Assembly (NCBI GenBank): GCA_951406725.2
Contig: OX597825.1
Location: forward strand, 74,958,001-75,022,000
DNA from: Octopus vulgaris
Taxonomy: Eukaryota
DNA length: 64,000 nt
Direction: 5' to 3'
This document shows, piece after piece, positions 25,781 through 38,072 of the stretch (positions are counted from its first letter, which is position 1; each line of letters opens with the position of its first letter). A program made the position numbers and the translations under genes. Below the pieces are notes generated by a model, which saw nothing but the letters and a program-made list of their open reading frames with translations, did not search any database and was not told the origin of the DNA.

Positions 25781-26379
25781 CTCTATGATACTATATACTG
25801 TATGATACACTATACCATACAACAGTGATTATAACTACATCTATCTATCTATCTTTCCTATGTTATCTCTGAAGCTGATATCCACTTTCAAACAATACAT
25901 ACAACCAACTTTGTTGCCCCCCACCCAACTCCCACCTACACCCGACCTGCTCCCCACCCTTCTTCCTTCCAAAACCAAATAAAAAATGTAATACAAAAAT
26001 AATATATATATATATATAAATACCATCGCAGATAAACAAATCTAAACAAAAATTAAAGAATGATGGAAATGGAAAGGAAAAAAAAAGAAAAAAACAACAA
26101 CGCAAAAACAAAACTACAACAGTAGCAATAACAACCCAAGTAACAAACGAAATCACTGTAAGAAGAATGGAATTCTTGTGGAATTGGATTACCTGCTACA
26201 TCATTATCTATTTTTATTCCTCATTATTCCTCTTCAACCTTTCTATCGCTCTCACTTCTATCGCTCTCACTTCTATCCCTCTCACTTCTATCCCCTCTAG
26301 CACCAAACTATATCTTTCTATTTCTCTCTTTGCTTTCTCCTTTTTCTACACCCCCCCCCAGTTTTGATTATTCTATCTC

Positions 26380-27330
26380 TATATTACCCCCACCTCTTTC
26401 TCTCTCTGTCTTTTTCTGTCTGTTGCTTTATCTCTCTCTCTCTCTCTCTCTCTTTCTCCACGTCCTCTTCACCCTGTCAATTTCTTTCTCTCTTCTTTCT
26501 CTCTTTTTTCTCTCTCGCTTTCTTCTTCTCTACTGCTTCTGTCTTTTTTCTCTTTTTCCATGCTTTCTTTTCACTCTCTCAAGCTTTCTCTCTTCTCCTT
26601 CTCTCTCTTCTTATTCTGTCTTCAATCTCTCTTTCCACTTTTTCTTTCTCTTTCCATGCTCTTTTTCTCTTTCCGTACTCTCTCTTTTGATGCTTTCTCT
26701 TTCTCTCATCTTCTTCCACGCTTTCTCTCTCGTCTTTTTCCATACTTTCTCTCGTCTTTTTCCACTCTTTCTCTCTCATCTTTTTCCACACTTTCTCTCT
26801 CTCGTCTTTTTCCACGCTTTTTCTCGTCTTTTTCCACGCTTTTTCTCGTCTTTTTCCACGCTTTTTCTCATCTTTTTCCACACTTTCTCTCCCGTTTTTT
26901 TTCCACGCTTTCTATCCTGTCTTTTTCCATGCTCTCTCTCTCTCTCTCATCTTTTATCATGCTCTCTCTCTCTCGTCTTCTTCCATGCTTTCTCTTTCCA
27001 TTCTTTTCCTACTTTCTCTCTTTCCATTCTTTTCCTACTTTCTCTCTTTCCATTCTTTTCCTTTCTACACACTCTTTACTCTTTCGCTTCACTCTCTACT
27101 CTTCTTCTCTCATCTCTCTCTCTCTCTTCATTCTACATCCTCCCACTACTCTCTCTTCTCTCCCTCTCAATCTCAGTTCTTCATCCTCAGTCACTTTCCA
27201 GCTTTTCTTCTATTATTGTTTTCCCTCCTTCACTCTCTCCTTCATTCATTCTTACCATTTCTTCTTGCTTCCTACATCTCTCCCCACCACTCACCATTGT
27301 CTTTCACATTCTTTCTTGTTTTTACATTTT
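26380..27330 (+). repeat. ~950-bp polypyrimidine low-complexity tract with ~21-bp subrepeats
   Basis: Almost purely C/T; TCTCGTCTTTTTCCACGCTTT-like units at 26727-26910. Source of the 342-aa and 275-aa spurious ORFs. Confidence 0.92.
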
Positions 27331-28265
27331 ACTAGACAAATTAAGCAGTCTGTGGTAAATGTTTCTATAGACTTAGACAAGAACTGAAGCTAAAACAACA
27401 ACAACATCAACAATATGAACATCAGCAGCAGCAGCCCTCTTAAAGTCATCTTTTGATGAGATCATTTCACTGCGACATTAACAAAACGGCAGTAATAACA
27501 ATATCAATAACAATGACAATACGCCATCATCATCATCGTCGTCGTCATCATCATCGCTAGCATCTTATTGCTATTTGTTGCTGTTGGAAAGGAAATCTGG
27601 TTTAATGATTTAAGGAATTTACTCAAATACCTTTGCTAGAAAGATAGAAAGAAAGAAAGAAAAGCGATAAAACGCTAACATCATTTATTATTATTTTTTT
27701 TTTTTGATTTTATTTTATTTTATTTTAAATCTTATTGGTTTCTAGTGACATAGTGATATGTTGTAATTGTTATTATGTGGGGTGGTGGTGCTGGTGGTGG
27801 TCGGCAGGATCAATAGTGTTGCACGACAAAATGTCATGTTGTATTTTAGTTATGCCTCTTTGCTGTTCAAATCCCATCAAGGTTAGCATACCCTTTCGTC
27901 CTTACCAAGTCTTGAAAATTATCACCAGTCAAATATTGGGGCCAACATAACTGTCTTTCCTTACCAAATTTCTGGCTTTGTGCCTATGTTAGTAGTAGTA
28001 GTAGTAGTAGTAATAATAATAATAATCCTTGCTGCTATAGGTATGGGGCCTGAAATTTTCAGGGAAGGGGCTAGCTGATTACATCAACCCCAGTACTCTA
28101 CTGGTACTTATTTTATCGACCTCAAAAGTATGAAAGGTAAACTTGGCTTCAACAGAATTTGAACTCGGAACATAAAGACAGACGACTTACCACTTAGCAT
28201 TTTGCCCGGTGTCCTAATGGTTCTGCCAGCTTGCCAAATAATAAGAATGATGATAATAATGATAA

Positions 28266-28296
<31 letters not shown>

Positions 28297-29724
28297 AGTT
28301 CTACTATGGGCACAAGGCCTGATTTCTTTTTTTGTGTGGGAAGTGGGTAGTTGATTACATCAACCCCAGTGCTCAACTGGTACTTATTTTATCAGCCCAA
28401 AAGGATGAAAGGCAAAGTCAACCTTGATGGCATTTGGACTCAGAACACAAAGATGGGGAAAATGTCACTAAACATTTTATCTGACATGATAATGATTGTC
28501 AGTTCATCACCTTTGTTGTCGTTATGTATTGTACACCTGCTGTGTGCTAATGACACTACAATGAAAAAGTCTTTCCAATTAAGTGCGAGTCCCAGTACTA
28601 CACTCTGTATACTATGCACTATAACCATCTGACTCTGAAACACATAGCACCAACCACACAACACATCAAATACATTCACCACCCTACTGAATAAATCGCT
28701 TGTCACTGAAAATGCTTTCTTCTTCCTCTGCAACTAAGATGTATTTCATCATGCCATATCAGAAATACCAGTCTAAGGCAGTGCATTTTCAGAATTGTTA
28801 GACATCAAACTGGATGCCATGCAGTATTTTCCCAGCTCTTTGCATTCTGAGTTCAGTTTCATCATGGGTTGTTTGGAGTACTTTTAGGAAGTCCTTGAGT
28901 ATCTTTAGGGAGTTTACTCTATTGTAAACATTCAGGCCAGGCTGATAGTTTGAGAATATTTGAGGATACCTCCTGCTTTCCCTTTCACCAGTCTTGGGGG
29001 CCTGTAAACAGTCTTAGACATTGCACTTCTCTTTTGACTAAGCTTAAAAAAAAAAAAAATCAGTGTTGAACCAAGATCTTCCTCATGGGCTGAACTTGCA
29101 ATAATTTGGTAGCACATTCACATAGAAATATATCTCTCAAGTGCTTAATTCTTTTTAGAGTGAACGGTGAAGCATTCCAGCACTTTGCAGCAAATGGTAA
29201 AAGTGATAATAAAAATCTATAAAAGAAAAAAAAAAAAATGGAATTTAGCTGTAATGAAATGAAAACAATGATAATTAACTATGATTTTGTTTTATTTACT
29301 TAAGTGAAACTCTGTAGATATACTGCACAGGAAATGAGAGGTTTTGCTTTTACTGAAGTGAGAGGCAATTGGGATAAAAAAAAGGAAATGGCTCAGAGAT
29401 TCTAATCCACATTGAAGAACTGTTCACCCTGTTTACAAAAAACTTAGTACTGCATGACATCACTGTAGTAGTAGTCATAGTAGTAGCAGTGATTTCTAAC
29501 ATAGTCTCAAGACCACAAATATTGAGGAGGGTTAGTGGATTATATTGAGCCTAGTAATTGTACATTATTTTATAGACAGCAGAACGCTGAAAGGTCACAC
29601 TGACTTTGGCAGGATTGGAACTCAGAATGTAAAGAAGTTGGAAGAAATATCACAATGCATTTTGCCTAACACTCTAGCAATTCTGCCAACTGTTTCATTT
29701 TATTTATTTAGTTTCTCTTATTAA

Positions 29725-30092
29725 TTACCTCTGCCTTAGTGAAGGTAGAGGTATTGTTTTCAGTTGTGTTTGTTTGTTTGTTTGTTTGTGGACAAGGTAT
29801 CTCAAGAACTGCTGGATGGATTCGGATGAAACTTTCAGGGATGTTTGGCCTCGTGACTGACACGAACTGATTAGATTTTGGGATCAATCCAGTACCGGAC
29901 AAGGTTTCTGGATTATTTTTCTGGTTTTTTACTTAATTTTTGAGAGCGGTCGGGTTCATTTTTAGTATTTTCATTTGTGAGAGCAGTTGAGTTTATTTCA
30001 GATATTCTCATTTTAAAAATCATCTCTGGCTAATCGTTTAGAGGATGTTGGTGTTGCCTTGGCAGAGGTTTGCACTCTCTGAGTGCTCTTGT
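29725..30092 (+). mobile_element. Non-autonomous Helentron/DINE-1-like (HINE) element
   Basis: 5' TTACCTCTGCCTT-AGTG-AAGGTAGAGGT (subterminal repeat plus inner inverted copy), (GTTT)n, 3' GGCAGAGGT, then hairpin GCACTC-TCT-GAGTGC and T-rich end. Partial third copy at ~57297-57395. Confidence 0.75.
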
Positions 30093-31533
30093 TCTTATTG
30101 TATCTATTTGCATAGGATGTGCTGTTATAAGGTGTGGCTGTGTAGGTAAGAATTTTACTTCCCAACCGTATGGTTTTGGGTTCAGTTCCATTGTGTGACA
30201 CCTAGGGTGAGTATCTCCAACCCTAGCCCTAATGGTTACATTGGTAGACAGAAAGTGGAAGAAGCTTGTGCTTGTTGTGTGTATGTGTTTTCGTGTCTCC
30301 TTGTCTTGACATTGCATGGCAGTTGTAAACAAGTTTTCCCGTTGTACAAGCAGTGACCATCATTTCCAATGAAAACATGGCCAAAGTGAAATATTAGCTT
30401 GTGAATGTTGATGACCAGAAGGGTGTCCAGTCATAGAAAATCTTTTACAAATTCAATCTGACCTGTGTGAACATAGAAAAGTTGATGTTAAAATATTGAT
30501 GTTAGGGTGATTGAAATCTCATTAGTGGTTGATGTCTGTTATCTCATTAATATAAGAACCAGTTGTATATTGGTATTAGTTTTCTTAATCATCGTCTTAC
30601 TTAGGTTGGGGCAGTCAAGACCTCAATCATTCATTTAATACCAGAAAGCTAGAGCTATGTAAAGGCTCCCTCGGAGTTTCTTATGGTAGTGGAGTGTACA
30701 AATGAGGTTTGTGAAGTACAAAACTATGAAGGTCAGGTGTGATTGCTTTTGACTCCAGATCAGTTCTGGTTGAGCTTTGATCAAAAGACATTCTGCATGT
30801 TACTGGTCTTTCTTTTTCCAACTATACATTGTCTCTTTCTAAAAGTATTTGGGAATGATATAATGGAGATTATCTGCAATTCAAAACAGTTCAACTTACT
30901 GCTTTTGTTAATGATACATAGAGATTAGAAATTAAATTCTCCTGCGTTTCACTTATTACTGCCATCTCTTCCTTATCACTTTGCCACTGGACATTTTAAG
31001 ATAATAGATCCTAGAAGATTGCAGGATCTGCAAAAACAATATCATCTACACTTATATTAATGATGTTGCTTTGCAGAATAATGGTATATTGTTTTAAGGA
31101 ATCAGTCCTAGAAACAGAAACCAAAAAAAAAAAAAAAAAAAAGAAAAGGCTGCTGGCCCTAATTCTATTAATATAAATACCCTAGATTGTTATTACAATG
31201 AATCATTCTCCTAAAAACACAAAACTTTGCAGGTTTAGCAAAATATATTATTAGAGTATAAACTCTAATATCTACATGCTTACTACTACAACTTATTCAA
31301 GGGTGCTCTTGAATAATAGTAAGCACAATGATTTTTCTCAATCCTTCTCTGCCTCTTCCCACCCCCTCTTCAACTGCTAACTCCCACAAGAGATCTGTTA
31401 TCAATTTTACATTGTTATCTTTATCTCCCACTCTAGGTGTGCCGGAAAAAGCTACAAGTGCTGTTTGCTTTCAAAATGGAAAAATATCCCAAAATAAACA
31501 AAAAAAGAAAAATCCTGTGCACATGCATACACG

Positions 31534-31573
<40 letters not shown>

Positions 31574-32228
31574 TACACTGGCTATATAAGTGTGTGGTCA
31601 TGTGTACATGCACACACACACACACACATATATATATGCACACATGTTTAAATGTGTATGTGTACATATATATATAAACACATTTTCATTTATATACAAA
31701 CACACAGACACACACACACGAGTTAAGGAATGGAGTAGATAATATCTGGGCTACATATGTTTCATAGTGAGTGGAACCTCCAAAGTAGTAAAAATCCAAG
31801 TGAGTTGTATATTGCAGGCTACTCTTCAAGCCAAGGGTATCTTGATTAAATTTACATTGTCGTAAGGAGATACATGTCAACACACAGTCAATTCAATCAG
31901 AATGTATATATATATTAATAATGTTGCTTTGCAGAATAATAGAATATATATATACATATATCATCATTTAATGTCTGTTTTCCATGCTGGCATGGGTTGG
32001 ATAGTTTGACTGAAAACTGGTAAGCCGGAGGGATGCACCAGGTTCCAATTTGATTTGGCATGGTTTCTATGGCTGGATGCCCTTCCTACTGCCAACCACT
32101 CTGAGAGTGTAGTGGATGTTTTTTATGTGCCATCGACCTGACACCGATATCAGCCATGACTACTGTCTCACTTGGCTTGGCAGGTCTACACAAGCACGGT
32201 ATATTGCCAAAGGTATTGGTCACCTTAA

Positions 32229-32458
32229 GGCGGCGAACTGGCAGAAGCATTAGCAAGCCGGGCGAAATGCTTTGCAGTATTTCGTCTGCTGTTATGTTGT
32301 GAGTTCAAATTCCACTGAGGTTGACTTTGCCTTTCATCCTTTCGGGGTCGATAAATTAAGCACCAGTTACGCACTGGGGTCGATGTAATCGACTTAATAC
32401 CTATGTCTGTCCTTGTTTGCCCCCTCTATGTTTAGCGACTTGTGGGTAATAAAGAAAT
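32229..32458 (+). mobile_element. SINE family A nested in a family D element
   Basis: 15-bp TSD AGGT(A/C)TTGGTCACCT at 32211-32225 and 32459-32473. Confidence 0.88.
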
Positions 32459-32749
32459 AGGTCTTGGTCACCTGTCACTGCCTCCATGAAGCCCAATGCT
32501 CAAACAGTGCTTTTTACGTGCCATCGACAATGGGTGCCAGTCAGATGGCACTGGAATCGGCCACAGTACTGGCATATTCCTGTATGTTATATATTTTAGT
32601 AATTACTGGTATCTTTGTACATTTTATATGTAAAGCATAATGTTATACATGTATGTATATTCTTGTAATTGTCATTTTAGTAATTAAATAAATTGACATA
32701 ATATAATGTCTAAAAGTTGATGAACCACCTATCGATCCCCTCCATTATT

Positions 32750-32835
<86 letters not shown>

Positions 32836-33577
32836 TACATGTATTCTGGCACACACACACACACACACTTAAAAAGTAAAACTAATGTGTAGCTGAAGAA
32901 TCTGCAAAGGTGGATAGATTCAAATATAAGAAACATTTTTATCTATTTATTCATTTTTGCAAATCAAAAGATGTATTTCCATAGAAGCAATATGGTCAAG
33001 TAGATAACATTCGAAATAAAATGGACCTAGAAGAAACGAGCCACATCGTCTCAGTTCCAAAGGTTTAGTTAGGGCTGCTGTGCTACTTCTCACCAATGTG
33101 AGAATGGCCATTGTTTCCTGCAATAAATAGCCTAACAATGCCAGCTGAACCATCTGTCAAGGTTATCTGTCAAATCAACCATATTCAAAAATTGTTCCTT
33201 ATACTTCAAATACTCTCTGCAATTGCCTGTAACAATTTCTTTTAATGAGTGGACCAGCTCATTAACATTCTTGTCTAGTCAGTCATGTTAAGGGACTAAT
33301 GTCATCGCTGAAGGGAGACAGGAGGGAAAAGGAAAAAAAAAAAAGAAGCTATATCTCTTATGATACTCGTGTCTCTGTCTCTTGTGTGTAGTAGCTCAAG
33401 AAGTAATTTCTTCATTTGCCTCAGGGGCAACAAATAGGACATTACAAATATATGAGTGTACATGATTGTTCTGTTTCAAGCATATCGTTATAATCATCGT
33501 TTTCATTATCATCTTCATATTCATTTTCTTCACTGTTATCATCTCCGTCACCACCGTCATCCCACCACCATCATCAC

Positions 33578-33961
33578 CAGTCACCATCATCACCAACCAC
33601 CATCATCACCAACCACCATCATCACCAGTCACTATCATCACCAATCACTATCATCACCAGTCACTATCATCACCAGTCACTATCATCACCAATCACTATC
33701 ATCACCAGTCACTATCATCACCAGTCACTATCATCACCAGTCACTATCATCACCAGTCACTATCATCACCAACCACCATCATCACCAATCACTATCATCA
33801 CCAGTCACTATCATCACCAATCACTATCATCACCAATCACTATCATCACCAGTCACTATCATCACCAGTCACTATCATCACCAGTCACTATCATCACCAG
33901 TCACTATCATCACCAATCACTATCATCACCAATCACTATCATCACCAGTCACCATCATCAC
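33578..33961 (+). repeat. 16-bp minisatellite, 24 copies (CARTCACTATCATCAC and variants)
   Basis: Units CAGTCACTATCATCAC, CAATCACTATCATCAC and CAACCACCATCATCAC in mixed order, within (CAT/CAC)n low complexity. Confidence 0.93.
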
Positions 33962-34632
33962 CAATCATCACTGATCACAATCACCATCATCATCAATCAT
34001 TATCATCAATCACCATCACCACCACCATCATCATAATCTTCAACACCATAATTTTCAACATTACTACCATCATCATCACCCTCATCACCACCATCATCAT
34101 CTTCATCACCACTACCACCATGTCTGATTTTATATACAACATGGGTTAGATTGGTTATCACAAACAAGTTTTTATTTGGAGTTATTGACCATCTCGATGG
34201 GTTGTGTGTGTGTGTTTGGGGGGTGGGGCATGTTTTACCATTAGTAGACTGTTTTCTATGGCTGTATGGCCTTCTTATTGCTAACCACTCTGAGTCTCCT
34301 GGGATTGCATTTTATTGTAGCACCAGCTCCAGATAAGTTGTAATGATCTTGGAAAGATTAAAGTGTCTTCTCTACTTCATTTTGCATATAAAATGTATCT
34401 GTTTGGATATCCTTTATTCTCTACTTATTTCAGTCATTAGACTGCAGCCATGCCAGAGCAATGCCTTGAAGTATTTTTCTCAGTATTTATTCTTTTTAAG
34501 TCTAGTTCTTATTCTGCTGTTCTCTTTTGTTGAACTGCTAAGTTACTGGGATGTAAACACACCAGCAACGGTTGTCAAGTAGTAATTGGGGACAAATACA
34601 TACACACACACGACATGCTTCTTTCAGTTTCT

Positions 34633-34866
34633 TATTTCTTTATTGCCCACAAGGGGCTAAATATAGAGGGGACAAACAAGCACAAACAAAGGGATTAAGT
34701 CGATTATATCAACCCCAGTGCATAACTGGTACTTAATTTATTGACCCCGAAAGGATGACAAGCAAAGTCGACCTTGGCGGAATTTGAATTCAGAACATAA
34801 TGGCAGACGAAATACCGCTAAGCATTTCGCCCAGCGTGCTAACATTTCTGCCAGCTCGCCGCCGCC
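34633..34866 (-). mobile_element. SINE family A nested in a family B copy (~34425-35005, minus)
   Basis: Full-length reverse copy flanked by a CTTTCAGTTTCT duplication. Confidence 0.88.
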
Positions 34867-35424
34867 TTTCAGTTTCTGTCTACCAAAATCCACATACAAG
34901 GTTTTGTTTGGTCCAAGGCTGTAGTAGAATACACTTGCCTAAGGGGACTGAACTTGGAACCAAGTGGTTGGGAAGCAAGCTTCTTACCACAGAGCCATTC
35001 GTGTACCTGTAAAAACAAATTGAAATATAATCTTATGCGTAATACACAAAGTGTGCGAGTATATAAGCCTGGCTGAGAAATTCTTTGCAATCATGAGTAC
35101 TAAGTTCAATTCCCATTGCATGGCATCTTGCAAAAGTTCATTTTAATATGGAAACTGTGTGGAAACCCAGCATATAGATTACAAATGGCTAGCTTTGTTG
35201 TACTCAGTATCATACTGATTCTACCTGAAGGCGACAGGTATATTGTCCTTTGAGTTTGTGGCAAATATTTGCACCAACATTTTGCTATCTGTGTGCTGCA
35301 GGGCCTACACAAACTTTCATCGCTGGAAACAAATTATCTGTGTGGGTAGTGTAACAGCTACAGGCTGTTGGACCTTCATACACTGAAAACAGAAGAATCC
35401 TCTGTGTGTGTGTGTGTGTGTATG

Positions 35425-35463
<39 letters not shown>

Positions 35464-35464
<1 letters not shown>

Positions 35465-35769
35465 GAGGTGCAATGGCCCAGTGATTAGGGCAGCGGACTC
35501 GCGGTCGTAGGATCGCGGTTTCGATTCCCAGAAAGGGCGTTGTGAGTGTTTAGTGAGCAAAAACACCTAAAGCTCCACGAGGCTCCTGTAGGGGGTGGTG
35601 GCGATCCCTACTGTACTCTCTCACTGCAACTTTCTCTCATTCTTTCTTCTGTTGGCCTGCCCGCTTAGCCAGAGGGTGGTGTCATTTGAAGGCTAAAACA
35701 ATGCGAACGGCATTGTGACCAGCGATGTGTAACAACATCTGATAGCCTGGTCGGTCATGTGATCATGTG

Positions 35770-35770
<1 letters not shown>
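35464..35770 (+). mobile_element. tRNA-derived SINE family E inserted in a TA microsatellite
   Basis: GGAGGTGCAATGGCCCAGTGATTAGGGCAGCGGACTCGCGGTCGTAGGATCGCGGTTTCGATTCCC head with A and B boxes, a non-tRNA body and a (CATGTGAT)2 tail. Older relative at ~23415-23690. Confidence 0.8.
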
Positions 35771-35810
<40 letters not shown>

Positions 35811-37704
35811 CATATTGTTCAAAATAAAGAATTAAGACTCTATATATCCCTTCTTATCATTTGATGTGGTTAACCAGATTTGCATTATATTAGAATGCTA
35901 ATAAGGTACCAGCCTGGATTCCAAATCCCCATTCCTTTACACGCACGCATGAGAGAGAGCACGACATACACATGAAAGATGAAATAGGTAACAGTAGATT
36001 TTAGATTCCATTAGTTCAGAAATTTCTGACCAGTGATAGCTATTCCTGCAATTATTATAATTATTTATTTTGCCCCTACCAATCTACCAAAAAAAAAAAA
36101 ACAAACAAAATAAAAAAAACAAAGAATTCGACAAAAAAACAACCCAAATTGAACAAACAAAATAAGCCCATCTACGTATGCAAAAGGTAACAGTACGATT
36201 TTTAATTAGCCAAAGCTTGTTTAACTGGTTGACTGATTTAGGAATGCGATATGGTCAGAATAAAAAATAATGGGGTGAGTTGGAATGGGGGTTGAGGTGG
36301 GGGTAGAGGACTGAAATTCCAGTTAATTTTGGAATTCAGTGATGCAGGGCAAGAAGGAAAAGGAAAAAAGACAAAAAAAAGGAGGCCCCTTCCCCCATCC
36401 CCGCCAAAAACAAAATATCAATAAAAGGTAATTTCTATAGTTTTTGTACAATGTTATGAAACTTGAGGCTGGTTTTATTGGTATTGATTAACATAAAAAG
36501 GCTGGTTTGGTTTTGACATAAATAAATGTTGAGCTAAATGGATGTAAACAGATATATGCCTGTGTGTGTATGTATATATATATTTATATATATATATATA
36601 CACAAACGTGTGTGTGTATGTATGTATGTATTACATATGTGTATGTGTACAGATATGTAAAAATAAAATAAAATCTTTGTGATATATTGACCAAACCTTA
36701 ATACTGGTTTTTGTTGTGGTGGTGGTGGTGGTCAGTAGTAGTACTAGTGTTGTGTGAATTGAAAGGGTGTGTGAGTTGTATAGGCTGTTGTTGTTACTGT
36801 AATAGTTGGTGCAACAATTATGGTAATAATAGTACAGGTAGAAGGAAGTGTTTGAAGTAGTTTTGTTAGAAGATGGGGGTGGTGGTGGTGTCAGGGTGAT
36901 TGTAGCATTAGTAGTAGTGGAAGTATTCGTAACCATGGTTATTCATATTGGCAGTGGTGGTGGTGGTTGCTATGGAAATGGAAGCGTGGTGTTGGTAGTT
37001 GTGGTAATAATAGTAGTAGTAATAGTAAAGGTGGTAGTTATCACAGTGTTGGTTATCATTACAGTATAATTGCAGTAATCTTTGTCATGGGATAGTGGTA
37101 GTGCTGGTAGTAGTTGTAGAGGTGGTCATTTCACTGTCTAATGGTATTGGTGATAGTTGTTGTGGTTGTTGTACTGTCTGGTGGTGTTGTCGGTTGTATA
37201 TATAGTAGATGTGGTTGTTGCTGTAGGGTGATGGTATTAGTTGCTGAGGTAGCAGTAATCATAGTGTATTAATTGAAAATAATTGCGTTCGCGGAGAGAT
37301 GGATTTGACATTATATTTTGCCGATTTCTATATTGGAAATGGTCAGTGCTGTGTGAAATTGTATTTATGGTTAGAGCTTTATTATGGAACAAATATAGCA
37401 TAATTATTTTTGTTTTGTAATCATTTCGGTATGTAATCATTTCTGAAGCATTGTTGCTAAATTAGGTTTCCATACTCACTTCAAGCAATCTCTTGAGAAA
37501 TTGTTGTTGTTGTGGCTGTTTAAGTTTCATGTCAGCTCTGCCCAAATCAAAGAAATTCTGATCAAAGAAATTCTGTTCATGACAATCCCATTTTTTACTG
37601 AGACATTGTGTATCTAGGATGACATTATCCAATGTGTACTTCCAGCATTTTCTTTGGCAGCTGACTTGGCAGACACCCATAAAATTATTAACCATCTTAC
37701 AAAC

Positions 37705-38072
37705 AATAAATAACTCTGAGCACCTTTTCAAACTCCACCTGTCTAACACCCGTGGACATGTTTACAAAGTCAGAAAACAGCACAGCTTCCATGACTTTCG
37801 GAAACACTTTTTCACGCTAAGAGTTGCTGAAGCATGGAACAGACTGCCGGCATCAGTTGTTAGTTGTCGGAGCACTGCATCCTTCAAAACTTCCATGCTT
37901 CCTGAGATTCGCCAGCACTACACCTGATTTTCCCCCCTCCATACACACACAAGCATGTATCTGACTCATACACTATTCACTTCCCAGACATTTGTACATT
38001 AATGCATATACTTTATATGCACTTTTGACAAGTTGTGGTGCACCTGAGCACTGTATACAATAATTTCATTAT
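37705..38072 (+). mobile_element. 5'-truncated CR1-clade LINE (ORF2 C-terminus plus 3'UTR)
   Basis: LFKLHLSNTRGHVYKVRKQHSFHDFRKHFFTLRVAEAWNRLPASVVSCRSTASFK contains the CR1 TRGH..K, FF..RV...WN.LP and FK motifs; stop at 37925-37927. Related 3'UTR at ~41844-41935. Confidence 0.88.

Noticed and set aside
26330-27387. 342-aa and 275-aa ORFs
   Set aside because: Translations of a C/T tract (F/L/S only); stop codons are compositionally excluded.
29625-29638. 14-nt match to miR-1 (GAATGTAAAGAAGT)
   Set aside because: Lies inside a family A SINE; the 5' end differs and there is no precursor hairpin.
33578-33961. CRISPR-like array
   Set aside because: Contiguous tandem units without unique spacers, in a eukaryotic context.
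33456-34149. His-rich repetitive ORFs reminiscent of cephalopod histidine-rich proteins
   Set aside because: The 16-bp unit is not a codon multiple, so the same peptide appears in every frame; there is no convincing gene structure.
35464-35535. tRNA gene
   Set aside because: A and B boxes are present, but there is no acceptor stem or Pol III terminator and the sequence continues into a SINE body.
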